This document shows, piece after piece, positions 36,168-49,237 of a DNA stretch of 64,000 bases; position 1 is the stretch's first letter; each line of letters opens with the position of its first letter. The translations under genes and the position numbers were made by a program. The DNA is from Mustelus asterias (taxonomy: Eukaryota). The notes beneath the pieces were generated by a model. It was not told where the DNA came from and ran no database searches. It saw only the letters and a list, made by a program, of their open reading frames with translations. Where the stretch lies: positions 44,578,001 through 44,642,000 of the forward strand of contig NC_135813.1 in assembly GCF_964213995.1 (NCBI RefSeq), in the 5' to 3' direction.

Positions 36168-37262
36168 ATGTTTGATTTGATTTATTATTGTCACATGTAT
36201 TAACATACAGTGAAAAGTATTGTTTCTTGCATGCTGTACAGACAAAGCATACCGTTCATAGAGAAGGAAACGAGAGAGTGCAGAATGTAGTGTTAGTCAT
36301 AGCTAGGGTGTAGAGAAAGATCAACTTAATGCAAGGTAGGTCCATTCAAAAGCCTGACGGCAGCAGGGAAGAAGCTGTTCTTGAGTCGGTTGGTACGTGA
36401 CCTCAGACTTTGTATCTTTTTCCCGACGGAAGAAGGTGGAAGAGAGAATGTCCGGGGTGCGTGGGGTCCTTAATTATGCTGGCTGCTTTGCCGAGGCAGT
36501 GGAAAGTGTAGACAGAGTCAATGGATGGGAGGCTGGTTTGTGTGATGGATTGGGCTGCATTCATGACCTTTTGTAGTTCCTTGCGGCCTTGGGCAGAGCA
36601 GAAGCCATACCAAGCTGTGATACAACCAGAAAAAATGCTCTCTATGGTGCATCTGTAAATGTTGGTGAGAGTTGTAGCTGACATGTCAAATTTCCTTAGC
36701 CTTCTGAGAAAGTAAAGATGTTGATGGGCTTTCTTAACTATAATGTTGGCATAGGAGAGACCAGGACAGGTTGTTGGTGATCTGGGCATCTAAAAGCTTG
36801 AAGCTCTCAACCCTTTCTACTTTGTCCCTGTTGATGTAGACAGGGGCATGTTCTCCTTTACGCTTCCTGAAGTCGATGACAATCTCCTTCGTTTTGTTGA
36901 CATTGAGGGAGAAATTATCGTTGCCACACCAGATCACCAGATTCTCTATCTCATTCCTATACTCTCGTCATTGTTTGAGATCCGACCCACTACGGTGGTG
37001 TCGTCAGCAAACTTGGGAATCGATTTGGAGGGGAATTTGGCTGCACAGTCATAGCTATATAAGGAGTATAGTAGGGGGCTGGGAACCCAGCCTTGTGGGG
37101 CACCGGTGTTGAGGATGATCGTGGAGGAGGTGTTGTTGTCTATCCTCACTGATTGTGGTCTGAGAGTTCGGAAGTTCAGGATCCAGTCGCAGAGGGAGGT
37201 GCTGAGGCCCAGGCCATGAAGTTTGGAGATGAGTTTTGTGGGAATAATGGTGTTGAAGGCTG
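36168..37262 (-). mobile_element. Rex1/Babar LINE, 5'-truncated
   Basis: [34 protein letters not shown] motifs; (ATCAA)n tail. Confidence 0.92.
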
Positions 37263-37881
37263 GCGTAAAATGAATTAAACTGAAAATAGCAAAATCTCTG
37301 CTAGTTGGGGAAACAACAAAAGCTTGAAATGTAATGATATCATCACTGCCTCTTTAAAAACTAAAAACAAAGAGAGAGCACATGGTCCCTGCCAAGCTTT
37401 AGATATTTTATTTACAATTTGAACTAAGTACCCAGGATTACTCCTAGCTCAAACTGATTATTTTCAAATTCCAATTTATGTACTTTGATTTTTAAATTTT
37501 CTATTTACTTTCTAAGAATTGTGTTCAAAGGAACTTTCAAAATGCATATTATATATATCTCATTTTTCTCTTGAGCAGTAATTGTGGCCAGCAATTATAC
37601 CCAAGATTAAGGATTCATATATTTACCCGATTTCAAATTGCACTTTTAATTCAGCTCACAGCTCCCATTTCAGATAATCACAAATTAGGGGAAACAGCAT
37701 AAAGCATTAAAGCTAGCAACGTAACAAAGAAACCCCCCACAAATTCCTTATTACACACACACACACATATTCACCCATAGAAGCTTCCCACCACAATCTC
37801 CGCAGCATTCAACCCTTGCTTTCATGCAATCCTAACAATCTAAAACTGAAGTGAAAATAGAATATTCAAGAGTTTGTATGT

Positions 37882-38107
37882 TTCCCCCCCCGTGTCTGCG
37901 TGGGTTTGCTCCGAGTGCTCTGGTTACCTCCCACAGTCCAAACATGTGCAGGTTAGGCTGATGGGCCATGTTCAATTGTCCCTTAGTGTCAAGGAGACTA
38001 GCTGGGTAAATATGTGATGTTACGGGTGTAGGGCCTGAGTGGGTTTGTGGTCGGTGCAGGCTCAATGGGCTAAATGGCCTCTTTCTGCACTGTAGGGATT
38101 CTATGAA
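37882..38107 (+). mobile_element. HE1-like V-SINE, tail A, 5'-truncated
   Basis: V-domain and tail. Confidence 0.8.
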
Positions 38108-39199
38108 ATCGGTTAATACGTAGTCTTCATTTATCTTTCTTCAAGACTGTAATTAAAACTCAAAGGAAAAGATAATTCTCAAGAAGTTATATATGAAAAG
38201 TAAGGTTAATAACATTCTACAGCCACAAATGGCTTTTGAAGTCAAACCAAAGTGTATAGCATCCCATTTTATTGCCCCAGCATCACCATTCTCCCGCCAG
38301 AACAGAGCAATTGTTTAACAATCTTCCTTCTTTTTATCACAACTTACCCTTCTCTTCACTTAAGCTAATTTAAAATACAACTATAAAAATTGAACAAGGA
38401 ACCTTAAAACAACTACAGAACCAGATCACAGAGTTAACTAAGACTCTGACAAGAAAAATCGCACAGACACTGCAACACACGGACAGCAACTCAGGTTTTC
38501 CAAATCAACTCCGCTTCCAGCTCTCGCAAATTGGACTTGTGTTTTAATTATGCACTCGATGCAGCAACTCAAACTCTTTTCCAGACTGTTAGCTTTTCCC
38601 AAACATGCATTGTCCGTTTATAACTGATCTGAGTTTCATACGATGTTTATTGTGCAGAAGTGGATCTGTAGGAAGTTTTTACATCTCGCTAAATAGTTTA
38701 CAGTGTTTTTGAGTGAGCTGAAGGACATAGTTCCTCCCCCTCCCCATTCTGTAGCACCATGCCACTCCTCCTCTGTTCCCCCCCCCCACCTCCCATTTTG
38801 TTTTGGCCCAAAGGGCTCCTTGGGGTTTTTTGCGGGGTAAATGAGGGTTTGAGCTGCTGCTCCTTGTCCTGTACTCAGCAGATACAATTGTGACTTTTAA
38901 GGGGCATCTTGACAAACACACGAATGGGAAGGGAATAGAGGGATATGGTCCCCGGAAGGGTAGGGGGTTTTAGTTCAGACGGGCAGCATGGTCGGTGCAG
39001 GCTTGAAGGGCCTGTTCCTGTGCTATAATTTTCTTTGTTCTTTGTTCATTCATGGGACATGCTGGCTGACCAGCATTTATTGCCTTTCTCTAATTGCCCG
39101 AGGGCAGTTGAGAGTCAACCACATTGCTGTGGCTCTGGAGTCACATGTAGGCCAGACCAGGTGAGGACGGCAGATTTCCTTCCCTAAAGGATATTACAG

Positions 39200-39830
39200 T
39201 CTGTTTTTATGGTGCAAGTGGGACTGGGACTGCCAGTTCCCTCGCATCGTCACCATGCAAGGATTATCCGAGGAGTGTTCCTGTCCCCATACCTATGGGC
39301 CTGATCTGCCGTGCCTCCCCAATCGATATCACTGTCTAATAAATCCTTCTCAGCCCATAGTAAAGACTTCGGTTCATCACTGTCTCCATCTATCCCACGA
39401 TCCTCAAAGCACACATCAGACCTCTTTGAGCTGTAAGTTGCAATCTTAAATGATCTATCCCTCTCTGAGACTTTGCTGAGTTGATTTCTGTCTCTGTTCT
39501 GTGTTTGACTTATGTTGGACCAAAGCAGCCTTTAAGTCATTACACCTCTGCTCTATCTCCATCATCCTCCAGTTAGTTGCGTCTCTTTCTCGCACAGCTC
39601 TCGCTCTGTCTCGATCTGTTTTCTCAACCTGCATCTGCAATTGACTCTTATGCAACACTTAGATCTCATTCCGTTGTTCAGCTTCTAAGTCTCTAACAAG
39701 CCGTGTGTCAGTTTCCTGTTTTGCAGCACTCAATGCTCCTTCTTTGTCTGTCTAATCAGTTCCTGTGTTGGTTCCATAGCTGCACATCCTGTTCTTTGCT
39801 GCTCCTACAGTCCTTAGCCTGATACAGAGT
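39200..39830 (-). mobile_element. Possible degraded LTR-retroelement gag coiled-coil fragment
   Basis: Broken coiled-coil ORF ...EQRCNDLKAALVQHKSNTEQRQ...; family assignment is recollection only. Confidence 0.35.
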
Positions 39831-40663
39831 TAGACCTATTAACCATCAGGCTTTGCTGGTGTCTTTATGAATACCCATCAGGCTACAGTGTACCTACCAC
39901 ACATGGACTGCAATGATTCAATAAGACAGCTCACCACCACCTTCTCGAGGGCAATTAGCAATGGAGAGTAATACTGGCCTCGCCCATATCCTGCAAAAGA
40001 ATTATTAAAAATGCATCTGGATGCCCAGCCTGAAAATGTGTTGGAAGCAGATTCAATAATAACGTACAAAAGGGAATTGAATAAATACTTAAAGCAGAAA
40101 AAAATGTGCAGGGCTGTGCGGAAACACAGTCTCCACTGTGTCTTCTGCCAATGCAGTATGGCCATGCGAGATGAGAGTCGATACCAGTCCCTGCGTGCGT
40201 TCAGCCTGCCAAAAAACCTTTTTGACAATGGAAAAATAGTACGGGCTTTTAAAAAAGAAATTGGAGAAATCGAAGTCCAAGCTCAACATGAAAGCAGCAA
40301 AAGCTAAGAAAGCAAATTGCAGACGTCTGAACTCGAAGGCTGCTCTCAGTGTCTCAGGAAAGAGCTGACCTCCTGATCAATTGATCCCTGCTCTGACTCT
40401 GGGAGCAGATTTCTGATAGAAATCCAGAATTCCCAGTCACTCGCTGACTTGTACTACATAGAGCCTCATCCCACTCTCTGCATTAAATTAGAAACGTAGA
40501 AAATAGAAGCAGGAGTAGGCCATCCGGCCCTTCGAGCCTGCTCCACTATTCATTTTGATCACAGTTGATCATCAAATTCAATATCCTGATCCCGCCTCCC
40601 CCCCGCCTCAATATCCCTTGATCACTTTAGCCCCAAGAGGTATATCTAATTTCTTCTTGAAAT

Positions 40664-41583
40664 CCTATTTTACCATTTTGATTCTAAGTGTTGGGTGGAC
40701 TTGAAACTGGGAGTGGTTCAGATCCGACTTTTAGACCTGTTCTAAAGCGCCCCCATACGCACTCTGCCTGAAAAAATATCAGCGATTCCGAATCGCGCTG
40801 CACAAGCCTGTGGGTGGGGCTTAACGCACCTGGAACCTGGAGCTCCGATCGGCGCCTCCAACTGCGCATGTGCAGAAAAAATGATAGAATGCTGCTCCCC
40901 TGCCACATCCCTCCCGGACCAGATAATGCCTCCCCCTGGCCCCTAGAGACATTGCCCCACCCCCACAACAGTACTGACCCCCTTATCGCCACATCCCTCC
41001 CGGACCACATAATGCCTCCCCCTGGCCCCTACAGACATTGCCCCACCCCCACAACATTACTGACCCCCTTATCGCCACATCCCTCCTGGCCAGATAATGC
41101 CTCCCCCTGGCCCCTAGAGACATTGCCCCACCCCCACAACATTACTGACCCCCTTATCGCCACATCCCTCCTGGCCGGATAATTCCTCCCCCTCGCCACC
41201 CAGACCGATCACGGCCCCTCCCACCACCCCTCCCCTTCCCCATCACTGATCACAGGCAGAGTGGCAGCGGACCCCCCCTTCCCCCTCACTGATCTCAGGC
41301 AGGGAGCTGTTGGACGCTAGGCACCTATCTCCTCACTAACTGGAGCGCCTGAATCGGACCTCTATGGAGCTTGTCTGTTTCATGCTGAATCTGGATGGGT
41401 GAACGCGGTGGTAAAGGGGTAAGTGCTGGTAAAGTTGGGCATGCAGCCCATTAAGTCAATTTATATGCATTTCGGGTCTTGGTAAAGGGGGAACCAACGC
41501 GGATCGTGCTACTCGTCTCACGCCCAACTTTACCAAGTTTTCACACCCGAAAACGGGCGCAACGCGATGGTAAAATTGGGCCC
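40664..41583. mobile_element. Non-autonomous TIR DNA transposon (PIF/Harbinger-like ends)
   Basis: CCTATTTTACCAT (40664-40676) and ATGGTAAAATTGGGCCC (41567-41583) are inverted termini; the segment interrupts CR1; left end clipped. Confidence 0.7.
40902..41195 (+). repeat. 86-bp tandem repeat, about 3.4 copies
   Basis: GCCACATCCCTCC unit starts at 40902, 40988, 41074 and 41159. Confidence 0.92.
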
Positions 41584-42421
41584 AATGTTTTGGCCTCAAC
41601 TATTTTCTGTGGTCGTGAATTCCACACATTCACCACTCTCGGGTGAAGAAATTTCTCCTCACCTCAGTTCTAAAAGATTTACCCCCTTATCCTCAAACTA
41701 TGACCTCTGGTTCTGGACTCCCCCACCATTGGGAAAATTCTCTCTGAATCTACCTTGTCTAACCCTGTTAGAATTTTATAAGTGTCTATGAGATCCCCTC
41801 TCACTCTTCTAAACTCCTGTGAATATAATCCTAACCGACTTAGTCCCCTCTCATGTGCCAGACCTGCCATCCCAGGAATCAGCCTGGTAAACATTCGCTG
41901 TACTCCCTCTATAGCAAGGACATTGTTCCTCAGATAAGGACACCAAAACTTCACACAATACTCCAGGTGTGGCCTCGTCAAATAGAACAATCTCTGTGTC
42001 TGTTCAGAACCGGGAATGTGTCTGGGTGCTGCCAAACTTTGTGCTACTTTCCTATTTTCACAGGTTCAATGGGGGGAGAAACCTGTGTCACAACTCAATC
42101 CCAATCTCATACTCTCTCATTCAGCTGGAAGAGGTGTTTGTAAAATTCTCGATGAGTCTGGGAGGGGAGTTGTGAGAGAATGGAATAGAAACTGGGGTAG
42201 AAATTGAAGCAGATGGTTTCACCAGAGAAACAACGGTGCTTAGGTTATTGCTGACAGGTCTGGATTTAAGATGCAGGTTTTTAACTAGGATCAAATATAA
42301 TGTCCCGGTACTGTCACATTTATTTAGCATGTCTTGTTCAGCTGCGTTGTCTAGAATTTGATTGGTTTGGCTACTCTGTCACTTGCAATGATGTAACAAA
42401 GTAAACACGGGTTGCCATAAT

Positions 42422-42701
42422 GGGCGGCACGGTGACACAGTGGTTAGCACTGCTGCTTCACAGCGCCAGGGACCTGGGTTCGATTCCCGGCTTGGGTCAC
42501 TCTGTGTGGAGTTTGCACATTCTCTCCGTGCCTGCGTGGGTTTCCTCTGGGTTCTCCGGTTTCCACCCACAGTCTGAAAGAGGTACATTGACCATGCTAA
42601 ATTCTCCCTCAGTGTACCCGAACAGGCGACTAGGGGATTTTCACAGCAACTTCATTGCAGAGTTAATGTAAGCCTACTTGTGACACTAAATAAACTTTAA
42701 A
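42422..42701 (+). mobile_element. V-SINE, tail type B
   Basis: Head, V-domain, type B tail. Confidence 0.87.
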
Positions 42702-43269
42702 CAAATGCAGGTGTGCGGAAATGTAGAGTAACAGGCTTCACTTTGAAAATGTCAGCACAGGCACCATGGACTATTGTTCCGTAATTCAAAGGTAACTAGA
42801 TAAGTATATGGTGGGGAAAGGCTTCGAATGATACCTGGATAGAGTGAGGTAAAACAGGATGAGAATAGGCCTACTGTGAGCATCAAGACCAGCATTGATC
42901 AAATGGGCCAAATGGCCTCTTTCTGTACCACACTGAAACAAATGCTGGAAATGTGAAATAAAAACAGAAAATGCTGGAAGTAGCCAGCGGCTCTGGCAGC
43001 CTCTGTGGCGAGAGATTAAACGGTAAAGGGTTTCCTGGCGCAAGCCAAAGGGACAGTGGGTGACAGACAAGCAAAGAAACATGAGTTGTGTCCGGAAATG
43101 GTGTCAATAGAGCTGCCGACCAAAAGCAAAAATAAGAAAACATGCGCAGAAAAAAAAATAAAATTGGGGCAAAGTCTATGGCCTGAAATTGTTAAAACAC
43201 ACTGTTCAGGTTAGAAGTGCTTGACGGGAAGGTGAGGTGCTGTTCCCCAAGGTTGTGTTGAGCTTCACT

Positions 43270-43592
43270 GGGGCGGCACAGTGGTTAGCACTGCTGCCTC
43301 ACAGTGCTAGGGACCTGGGTTCAATACGGCCTTGGGTCACTGTCTGTGCAGAGTCTGCACGTTCTCCCCGTGTCTGTGTGGGTTTCCTCCAGGTGCTCTG
43401 GTTTCCTCCAACAGTTCAAACATGTGCGGCTTAGGTGCATTGGCCATGATAAAATGCCTCTGGTTTCGGGGGGATTAGCATGGTAAATATGTGGGGTCAC
43501 GGGGATAGGGTGAGACTGTTGTTGATGCAGGCTCGATAGGCCGAATGGCCTCCTTCTGTACTGTAGGGATTCCATGATTCTATTCTATGATT
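43270..43592 (+). mobile_element. HE1-like V-SINE, tail A
   Basis: Head, V-domain, tail. Confidence 0.85.
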
Positions 43593-43761
43593 CACTGCAG
43601 GAGGCTGAGGACAGAGAGGTCAGAGTGGGGGCAAAGTAGAGAGTTTACATGATAGGGTGACAGGAGGCTCGGGATGATGCTCGCTGATTGTTCAGAGAAG
43701 TTCCACAAAATGATTATCCATTTTTTAAATTCATTCATGGGATGTCGGCTTAGCTGGCTAG

Positions 43762-44722
43762 ATCTGCTGTTTGTGATTTATATAAACGATCTGGAAGGAG
43801 GTGTAACTGGGGTGATCAGTAAGTTTACGGACGACACGAAAATGGCTGGACTTGCAGATAGTGAGGAACATTGTCAGAGGCTACAGAAGGATATAGATAG
43901 ACTGGAAATTTGGGCAAAGAAATGGCAGATGGAGTTCAATCCAGATAAATGCGTAGTGATGCATTTTGGTAGAACTAACGTAGGGGGGAGCTATACGATA
44001 AATGGCAGAACCATATAGGGTGTAGATACGCAGAGGGACCTGGGTGTGCAAGTCCACAGATCCTTAAAGGTGACGTCACAGGTGGAGAAGGTAGTGAATA
44101 AGGCATATAGCATGCTTGCCTTTATAGGACGGGGCATAGAGTATAAAAGTGGGGGTCTGATGTTGTAGTTGTATAGAACGTTGGTTCGGCCGCATTTGGA
44201 ATACTGCGCCCAGTTCTGGTCGCCACACTACCAGAAGGACGTGGAGGCTTTAGAGAGAATGCAGAGGAGGTTTACCAGGATGTTGCCTGGTATGGAAGGG
44301 CTTAGTTATGAGGAGAGATTGGGTAAACTGGGGTTGTTCTCACTGGAAAGACGGAGGATGAGGGGTGACCTAATAGAGGTGTATAAAATTATGAAAGGCA
44401 TAGATAGGGTGAACGGCGGGAAGCTTTTTCCCAGATCGGTGGTGACGTTCACGAGGGGTCATGGTTCAAGGTGAGGAGGGGGAGGTTTAACACGGATATC
44501 AGAAGGACGTATTTTACACAGAGGGTGGTGGGGGCCTGGAATGCGCTGCCGGGCAAGGTGGTGGAGGCGGACACACTGGGAACGTTTAAGACTTATCTAG
44601 ATAGCCACATGAACGGAGTGGGAATGGAGGGATACAAAAGAATGGTCTAGTTTGGACCAGGGAGCGGCGAGAGCTTGGAGGGCCGAAGGGCCTGTTCCTG
44701 TGCTGTATTGTTCTTTGTTCTA
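43762..44722 (+). mobile_element. CR1 LINE, 5'-truncated, short 3'UTR form
   Basis: LLFVIYINDL..ISKFTDDTK, YRTLVRPHLEYCAQFWSP; (TTGTTCT)n tail; highly similar to the 49238-52880 element. Confidence 0.93.
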
Positions 44723-44769
44723 TGACACCAAGATTGGTGGCATAATGGACAGTGAAGAACGTTATCTCC

Positions 44770-46010
44770 AATCAACATTTATTGCCCATCCTTAATTGCC
44801 CCTTTAGAAGGTGGTGGTGAGCTGCCCTCTTGAACCGCTGCAGTCCATGTAGTGTAGGTACGCCCACAGTGCTGTCAGGGAAAGAGTTCCAGGATTTTGA
44901 CCCAGCAACAGTGAAGAAATAGCAATATATTTACAAGTCAGAATGGTGAGTGACTCGGAGGGGAACCTCCAGGTGGTGGTGTTCCCATGTATCTGCTGCT
45001 CTTGGCCTTCTAGATGGTAGTGGTCATGGGTTTGGAAGGCGCTGTCTAAGGAGCCTTGGTGAGTTCCTGCAGTGCATCTTGTAGATGGTGCACACGGCTG
45101 CCACTGTGCGTCAGTGGTGGAGGGATTGAATGTTTGTGGAAGGGGTGCCAATCAGGTGGACTGCTTTGTCCTGGATGGTGTCAAGCTTCTGAATGTTGTT
45201 GGAACTGCACTCATATAGGCAAGTGGAGAGTTACACTCCTGTCTTGTGCCTTGTAGATGTTGGCCAGGCTTTGGAGAGGCAGGAAGTGAGTTACTTGCCA
45301 CAGGATCCTCAGCTCTGACCTGCTGTTGTAGCCACAGTATTTATATGGCTAGTCCAGTTCAGTTTCTGGTCAATGGCAACCCCCCAGGATATTGGCAGTG
45401 GAGGATTCAGCGATGATAATGCCATTGAATGTTCAGGGCCGATGCGTAGATACCCTCCTGTTAGAGATGGTCATTGCTTGGCACATGTGTGGCATGAATG
45501 TTACTTGCCTCTTGCCAGCCCAAACCTGGATATTGTGCATTTAGACATGGACTACTTCAGTATCTGAGGAGTTGCAAATGGTGCTGAACATTGTGTAGTC
45601 ATCAGTAAACATTCCATTTTATGATGGAAGGAAGATGGTTGGGTTTAGGACACTACCCCGAGGAACTCCTGCAGTGATGTCCTGGAACTGAGCTGATTGA
45701 CCTCCAACAACCACAGCCATCTCCCTACGTGCCAGTTATGACACCAACCAGCAGAGAGTTTTCCCCTGGATTCGTGTTGACTCCAGTTTTGCTAGGGCTC
45801 CTTGATCCCACACCCAGTCAAATGTGGCCCTTCTATCAAGGACTGTCACTTGCCTACCTCTGGAGTTCAGCTCTTCTGTCCATGTTTGAACCAAGGCTGT
45901 AATAAGGTCAGAGGTGAGTGGCTGTGGTGGAACCCAAACTGAGCATCGATGAGTAGGTTATTGCGAAGCAAGTGCCACTTGATTGCACTTTTGATGACCC
46001 TTTCAACTTG
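44770..46010 (-). mobile_element. CR1/L2-group LINE fragment (second family)
   Basis: Colinear with 15240-15860 and extends into the RT (GVPRGSVL-type motif region). Confidence 0.75.
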
Positions 46011-46067
46011 GTCTCTTTACACTTGGTGTTTCCGGTTTAGAGGATAGGGTGTGTTAGCAGCATAACG

Positions 46068-46340
46068 GGTGGCACAGTGGGTAGCACTGCTGCCTCACAG
46101 CGCCAGGGACCTGGGTTCAGTTCCCAGCTTGGGTAACTGTCTGTGCGAAGTCTGCACGTTCTCCCTGTGTCTGCATAAGTTTCCTCAGGGTGCTTTGGTT
46201 TCCTCATACAGTCCGAAAGATGCACTGATTCGTGGTTAGATACATTGACCCGAACAGACGCCGGACTGTGGCGACTAGGGGAATTTCACAGTAACTTCAT
46301 TGCAGTGTTAATGTAAGCCTTACTTCTGACAAATAAACTA
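46068..46340 (+). mobile_element. V-SINE, tail type B
   Basis: Head, V-domain, type B tail. Confidence 0.85.
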
Positions 46341-46664
46341 TATTAGTCAGTAGCGCATCCCTAGTAATAGAGAAATAAAAGAAGGAAAGGGAAGAGTCTG
46401 AGGCAGAGCCTGGCAAGGTGAGAGGCAGAGCCAGGGGCGGCGAGAAATGAGTGGACATTGGACTGAATGTGGATGAAATTTTCCAGCTCAGGACAAGAGC
46501 AGGAAGTGGAAAGGCAGGTGGCCTGAGTTGGACGAGAATAAATTGTCTTCTACAAATCCCACAAAAAGGCAGATGTAGCTAAGCGTCATGCGGGTTCACA
46601 TTGCAACATCTTTCTATTTGGAAGAAGTGAATGGAGTTGAGAAGTTGCTCATGTGTGAATATGT

Positions 46665-46990
46665 TCAGCCTGGCGGTGGTATTGTCACTGGACTAGTAAT
46701 CTGGAGACCGCGGTAATGCTCTGGGGACCCTGGTTCAAATCACACCACAGCAAACTTGAAACCAGTCAAATCTAGAATTAAAACCCCAATGATGACCATG
46801 AAACGATTGTCATAAAATCCCATCTGGTTCAATCACAGGAAAGGAATTGTGCCATGCTCACCTGGTTTGTTCTACATGTCCACAGCAATGACATTGCCTC
46901 TTAAAAGCCCTCAGAAATGGCCTAGCAAGTCACTCCGTTCAAGGATAGTTAAGGATGCACAATAAGTGCTGGCCCTGCAAGCGACATCCT
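46665..46990 (+). mobile_element. SacSINE1-like Deu-SINE
   Basis: tRNA head (GGTTCAAATC B box), Deu-like core AAAATCCCATCTGGTTCA...GGAAAGGAATTGTGCCATGCTCACCTGG, tail shared with the second LINE family. Confidence 0.65.
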
Positions 46991-47486
46991 CTACAGATGC
47001 ACCATAGAAAGCATTCTTTCTGGTTGTATCACAGCTTGGTATGGCTCCTGCTCTGTCCAAGACTACAAGAAACTACAAAGAGTTGTGAACAAAGCCCAGT
47101 CCATCACACAAACCAGCCTCCCATCCATTGACTCTGTCCACACTTCCCGCTGCCTCAGAAAAGCAGCCAGCATAACTAAGGACCCCACGCACCCTAGACA
47201 TTCTCTCTTCCACCTTCTTCCATCGGAGGAAAGATACAAAAGTCTGAGGACATGGACCAACCGACTCAAGAACGGCTTCTTCCCTGCTGCTATCAGACTT
47301 TTGAGTCGACTTACCTCACATTAAGTTGATCTTTCTCTACACCCTAGCTATGACTGTAACACATTCTGCACTCTCTCCATTCTTTTTCTATGTTGTGTGT
47401 TTTGTCTGTACAGCACGCAAGAAATAATACTTTTCACTGTGTACGAATACATGTGACAATAAATCAAATCAAATCAAAAATCAAAT
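46988..47486 (+). mobile_element. Rex1/Babar LINE 3' fragment
   Basis: KAASITKDPTHPRHSLFHLLPS...RLKNGFFPAAIRLL; (AAATC)n tail. Confidence 0.9.
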
Positions 47487-47511
47487 TACACCCCCTGAAT
47501 GAATTAAAACA

Positions 47512-47985
47512 CTTCAGCGGTCACGGGCATTCGGCCTCTGATATTCGGGTAAGCGTTCTCCAAGGCGGCCTTCGCGACACACGACAGCGCAGAGTCGCTG
47601 AGCAGAAACTGATAGCCAAGTTCCGCAAACACAAGGACGGCCTCAACCGGGATATTGGGTTCATGTCACAATATTTGTAACTCCCACAGTTGCGTGGACC
47701 TGCAGAGTTTCACTGGCTGTCTTGTCTGGAGACAATACACATCTTTTTAGCCTGTCTTGATGCTCTCTCCACTCCCATTGTTTTGTTTCTTAAAGACTGG
47801 ATTAGTTGTAAGTATTCGCATTCCAACCATTATTCATGTAAATTGAGTCTGTGTCTTTATAAATTCTGTTTGTGAACAGAATTCCCACTCACCTGAAGAA
47901 GGGGCTTAGAGCCTCGAAAGCTTGTGTGGCTTTTGCTACCAAATAAACCTGTTGGACTTTAACCTGGTGTTGTTAAACTTCTTAC
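47512..47985 (+). mobile_element. Penelope-like element, 3' end only
   Basis: HFSGHGHSASDIRVSVLQGG...DGLNRDIG plus pLTR; TSD TGAATTAAAACA at 47500-47511 and 47986-47997. Confidence 0.9.
47885..47929 (+). ncRNA. Minimal type I hammerhead ribozyme motif
   Basis: CCACTCAC-CTGAAGA-A-GGGGCT(TAG)AGCCTC-GAAA-GC-TT-GTGTGG. Confidence 0.72.
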
Positions 47986-48328
47986 TGAATTAAAACAAGG
48001 CAGGGGAGGGTGGTCGTGGATGGGGCCTCTGTTCAAGGCAGAAGTAGAGAACATCCTTGAGGGCATGGGGGTGCAGAGAGATTGGATACATAGATGAAAA
48101 GGAGAGATGGTTCGGGCTAATAAATTGAAAGCTGTTAATGTAACAAGAGGACGTTGGAAGAGTCACAAAAATAGGTGGAAACAAGGAGGGAAAAGATTGA
48201 GTTGAGTTAGAAAGAGATCCGTTCAGTGGAACTGGAACAGACCCATTGGGTGATACCTGTACCAGAGACTGCTGCTTGAAGTGACTGTTGCAGGTGCTGT
48301 ATTTACAGAAGTTTTTCTTCTGTTACAG

Positions 48329-48358
48329 AGCAAGTTCATGGACTACGAAAAGAGGAAG
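48329..48358 (+). CDS. LRSAM1: LRSAM1 coding exon 10 (30-nt microexon)
   Basis: SKFMDYEKRK (human NRFSDYEKRK as recalled); TTCTGTTACAG/GTAAG. Confidence 0.92.
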
Positions 48359-48551
48359 GTAAGAGATCACACACAGCTACTTATTTATGTGGTTGGTCCA
48401 ATTATTATTTTGCAATAACTCTTAATGAATTCCAGCTAATTGTCCATCCTTGATTCCAATATTGAATCCAATATCTGTAACTAATTTCAATGAAATTGGT
48501 TGGACATTTGAACAAACTATAATTGTAGGGTTACTAGAATAGAGCAGGATA

Positions 48552-48860
48552 ATGGTACAGTAGTTAGCACTGCTGCCTCACAGCGCTAGGGACCTGTGTT
48601 CGATTCTAGCCTTGGGTCCGTGTCTGTGTGGCGTTTGCACATTCTCCCCGTGTCTACGTGGGTTTTCTCCGGGTGCTCTGATTTCCTCCCACGCTCTAAA
48701 GACGGGTTAAGTTGATTGGCCATGATAAAATGCCCCTTTGTGTCAGGAGGATTGGCAGGGTAAATAAGTGGGGATACGGGGATAGGGCTTAGATGGGATT
48801 GTGGTCGGCGCAGACTCGATGGGCTGAATGGCCTCCTTCTGCACTGTAGGGATTCTATGA
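48552..48860 (+). mobile_element. HE1-like V-SINE, tail A
   Basis: Head, V-domain, tail. Confidence 0.85.
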
Positions 48861-48969
48861 ATGGGGCTGACGAGAATGCTGCACTGAGAGCCAGGATGGA
48901 CTTGGCAGGCCGAATGGCTTCATGCTCTGCCATAAATAACTTGCTGACTCAATCCACCGATCCTCTCCC

Positions 48970-49160
48970 GATCCATTCCATTGCATTGAAGTCCAATTGT
49001 TCAAACCCTTTGCCAGTCTCACCCATGGTGCAGTATTCCATTGGGCAAACCCCTTTGCCAGTCTCACCCCACTACACAAAATTCCATTGGATCAATCCTT
49101 TCCCATTCATACCTGCTGTACACCGTTCCCATTGTCTAAATCCATTCCCAATCCCACCTT
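48970..49160 (+). repeat. Degenerate tandem repeat, unit about 46 bp
   Basis: Recurrent ATTCCATTGG..CAAACCC(C)TTTGCCAGTCTCACCC. Confidence 0.6.
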
Positions 49161-49237
49161 GGGTTTTCCAGCCCTGCCATTGGGGATGTGCTGTGCCAGC
49201 CAAAAAATCCATTGACCTTCGGTGGAACTGGAAAATC

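Larger units (their letters stand above)
40490..41980 (-). mobile_element. CR1 LINE 3' fragment split by a DNA transposon
   Basis: TRPHLEYCVKFWCPYLR...RTRGHSLRIRG; colinear with the 9765-10740 copy on both sides of the insertion. Confidence 0.88.
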
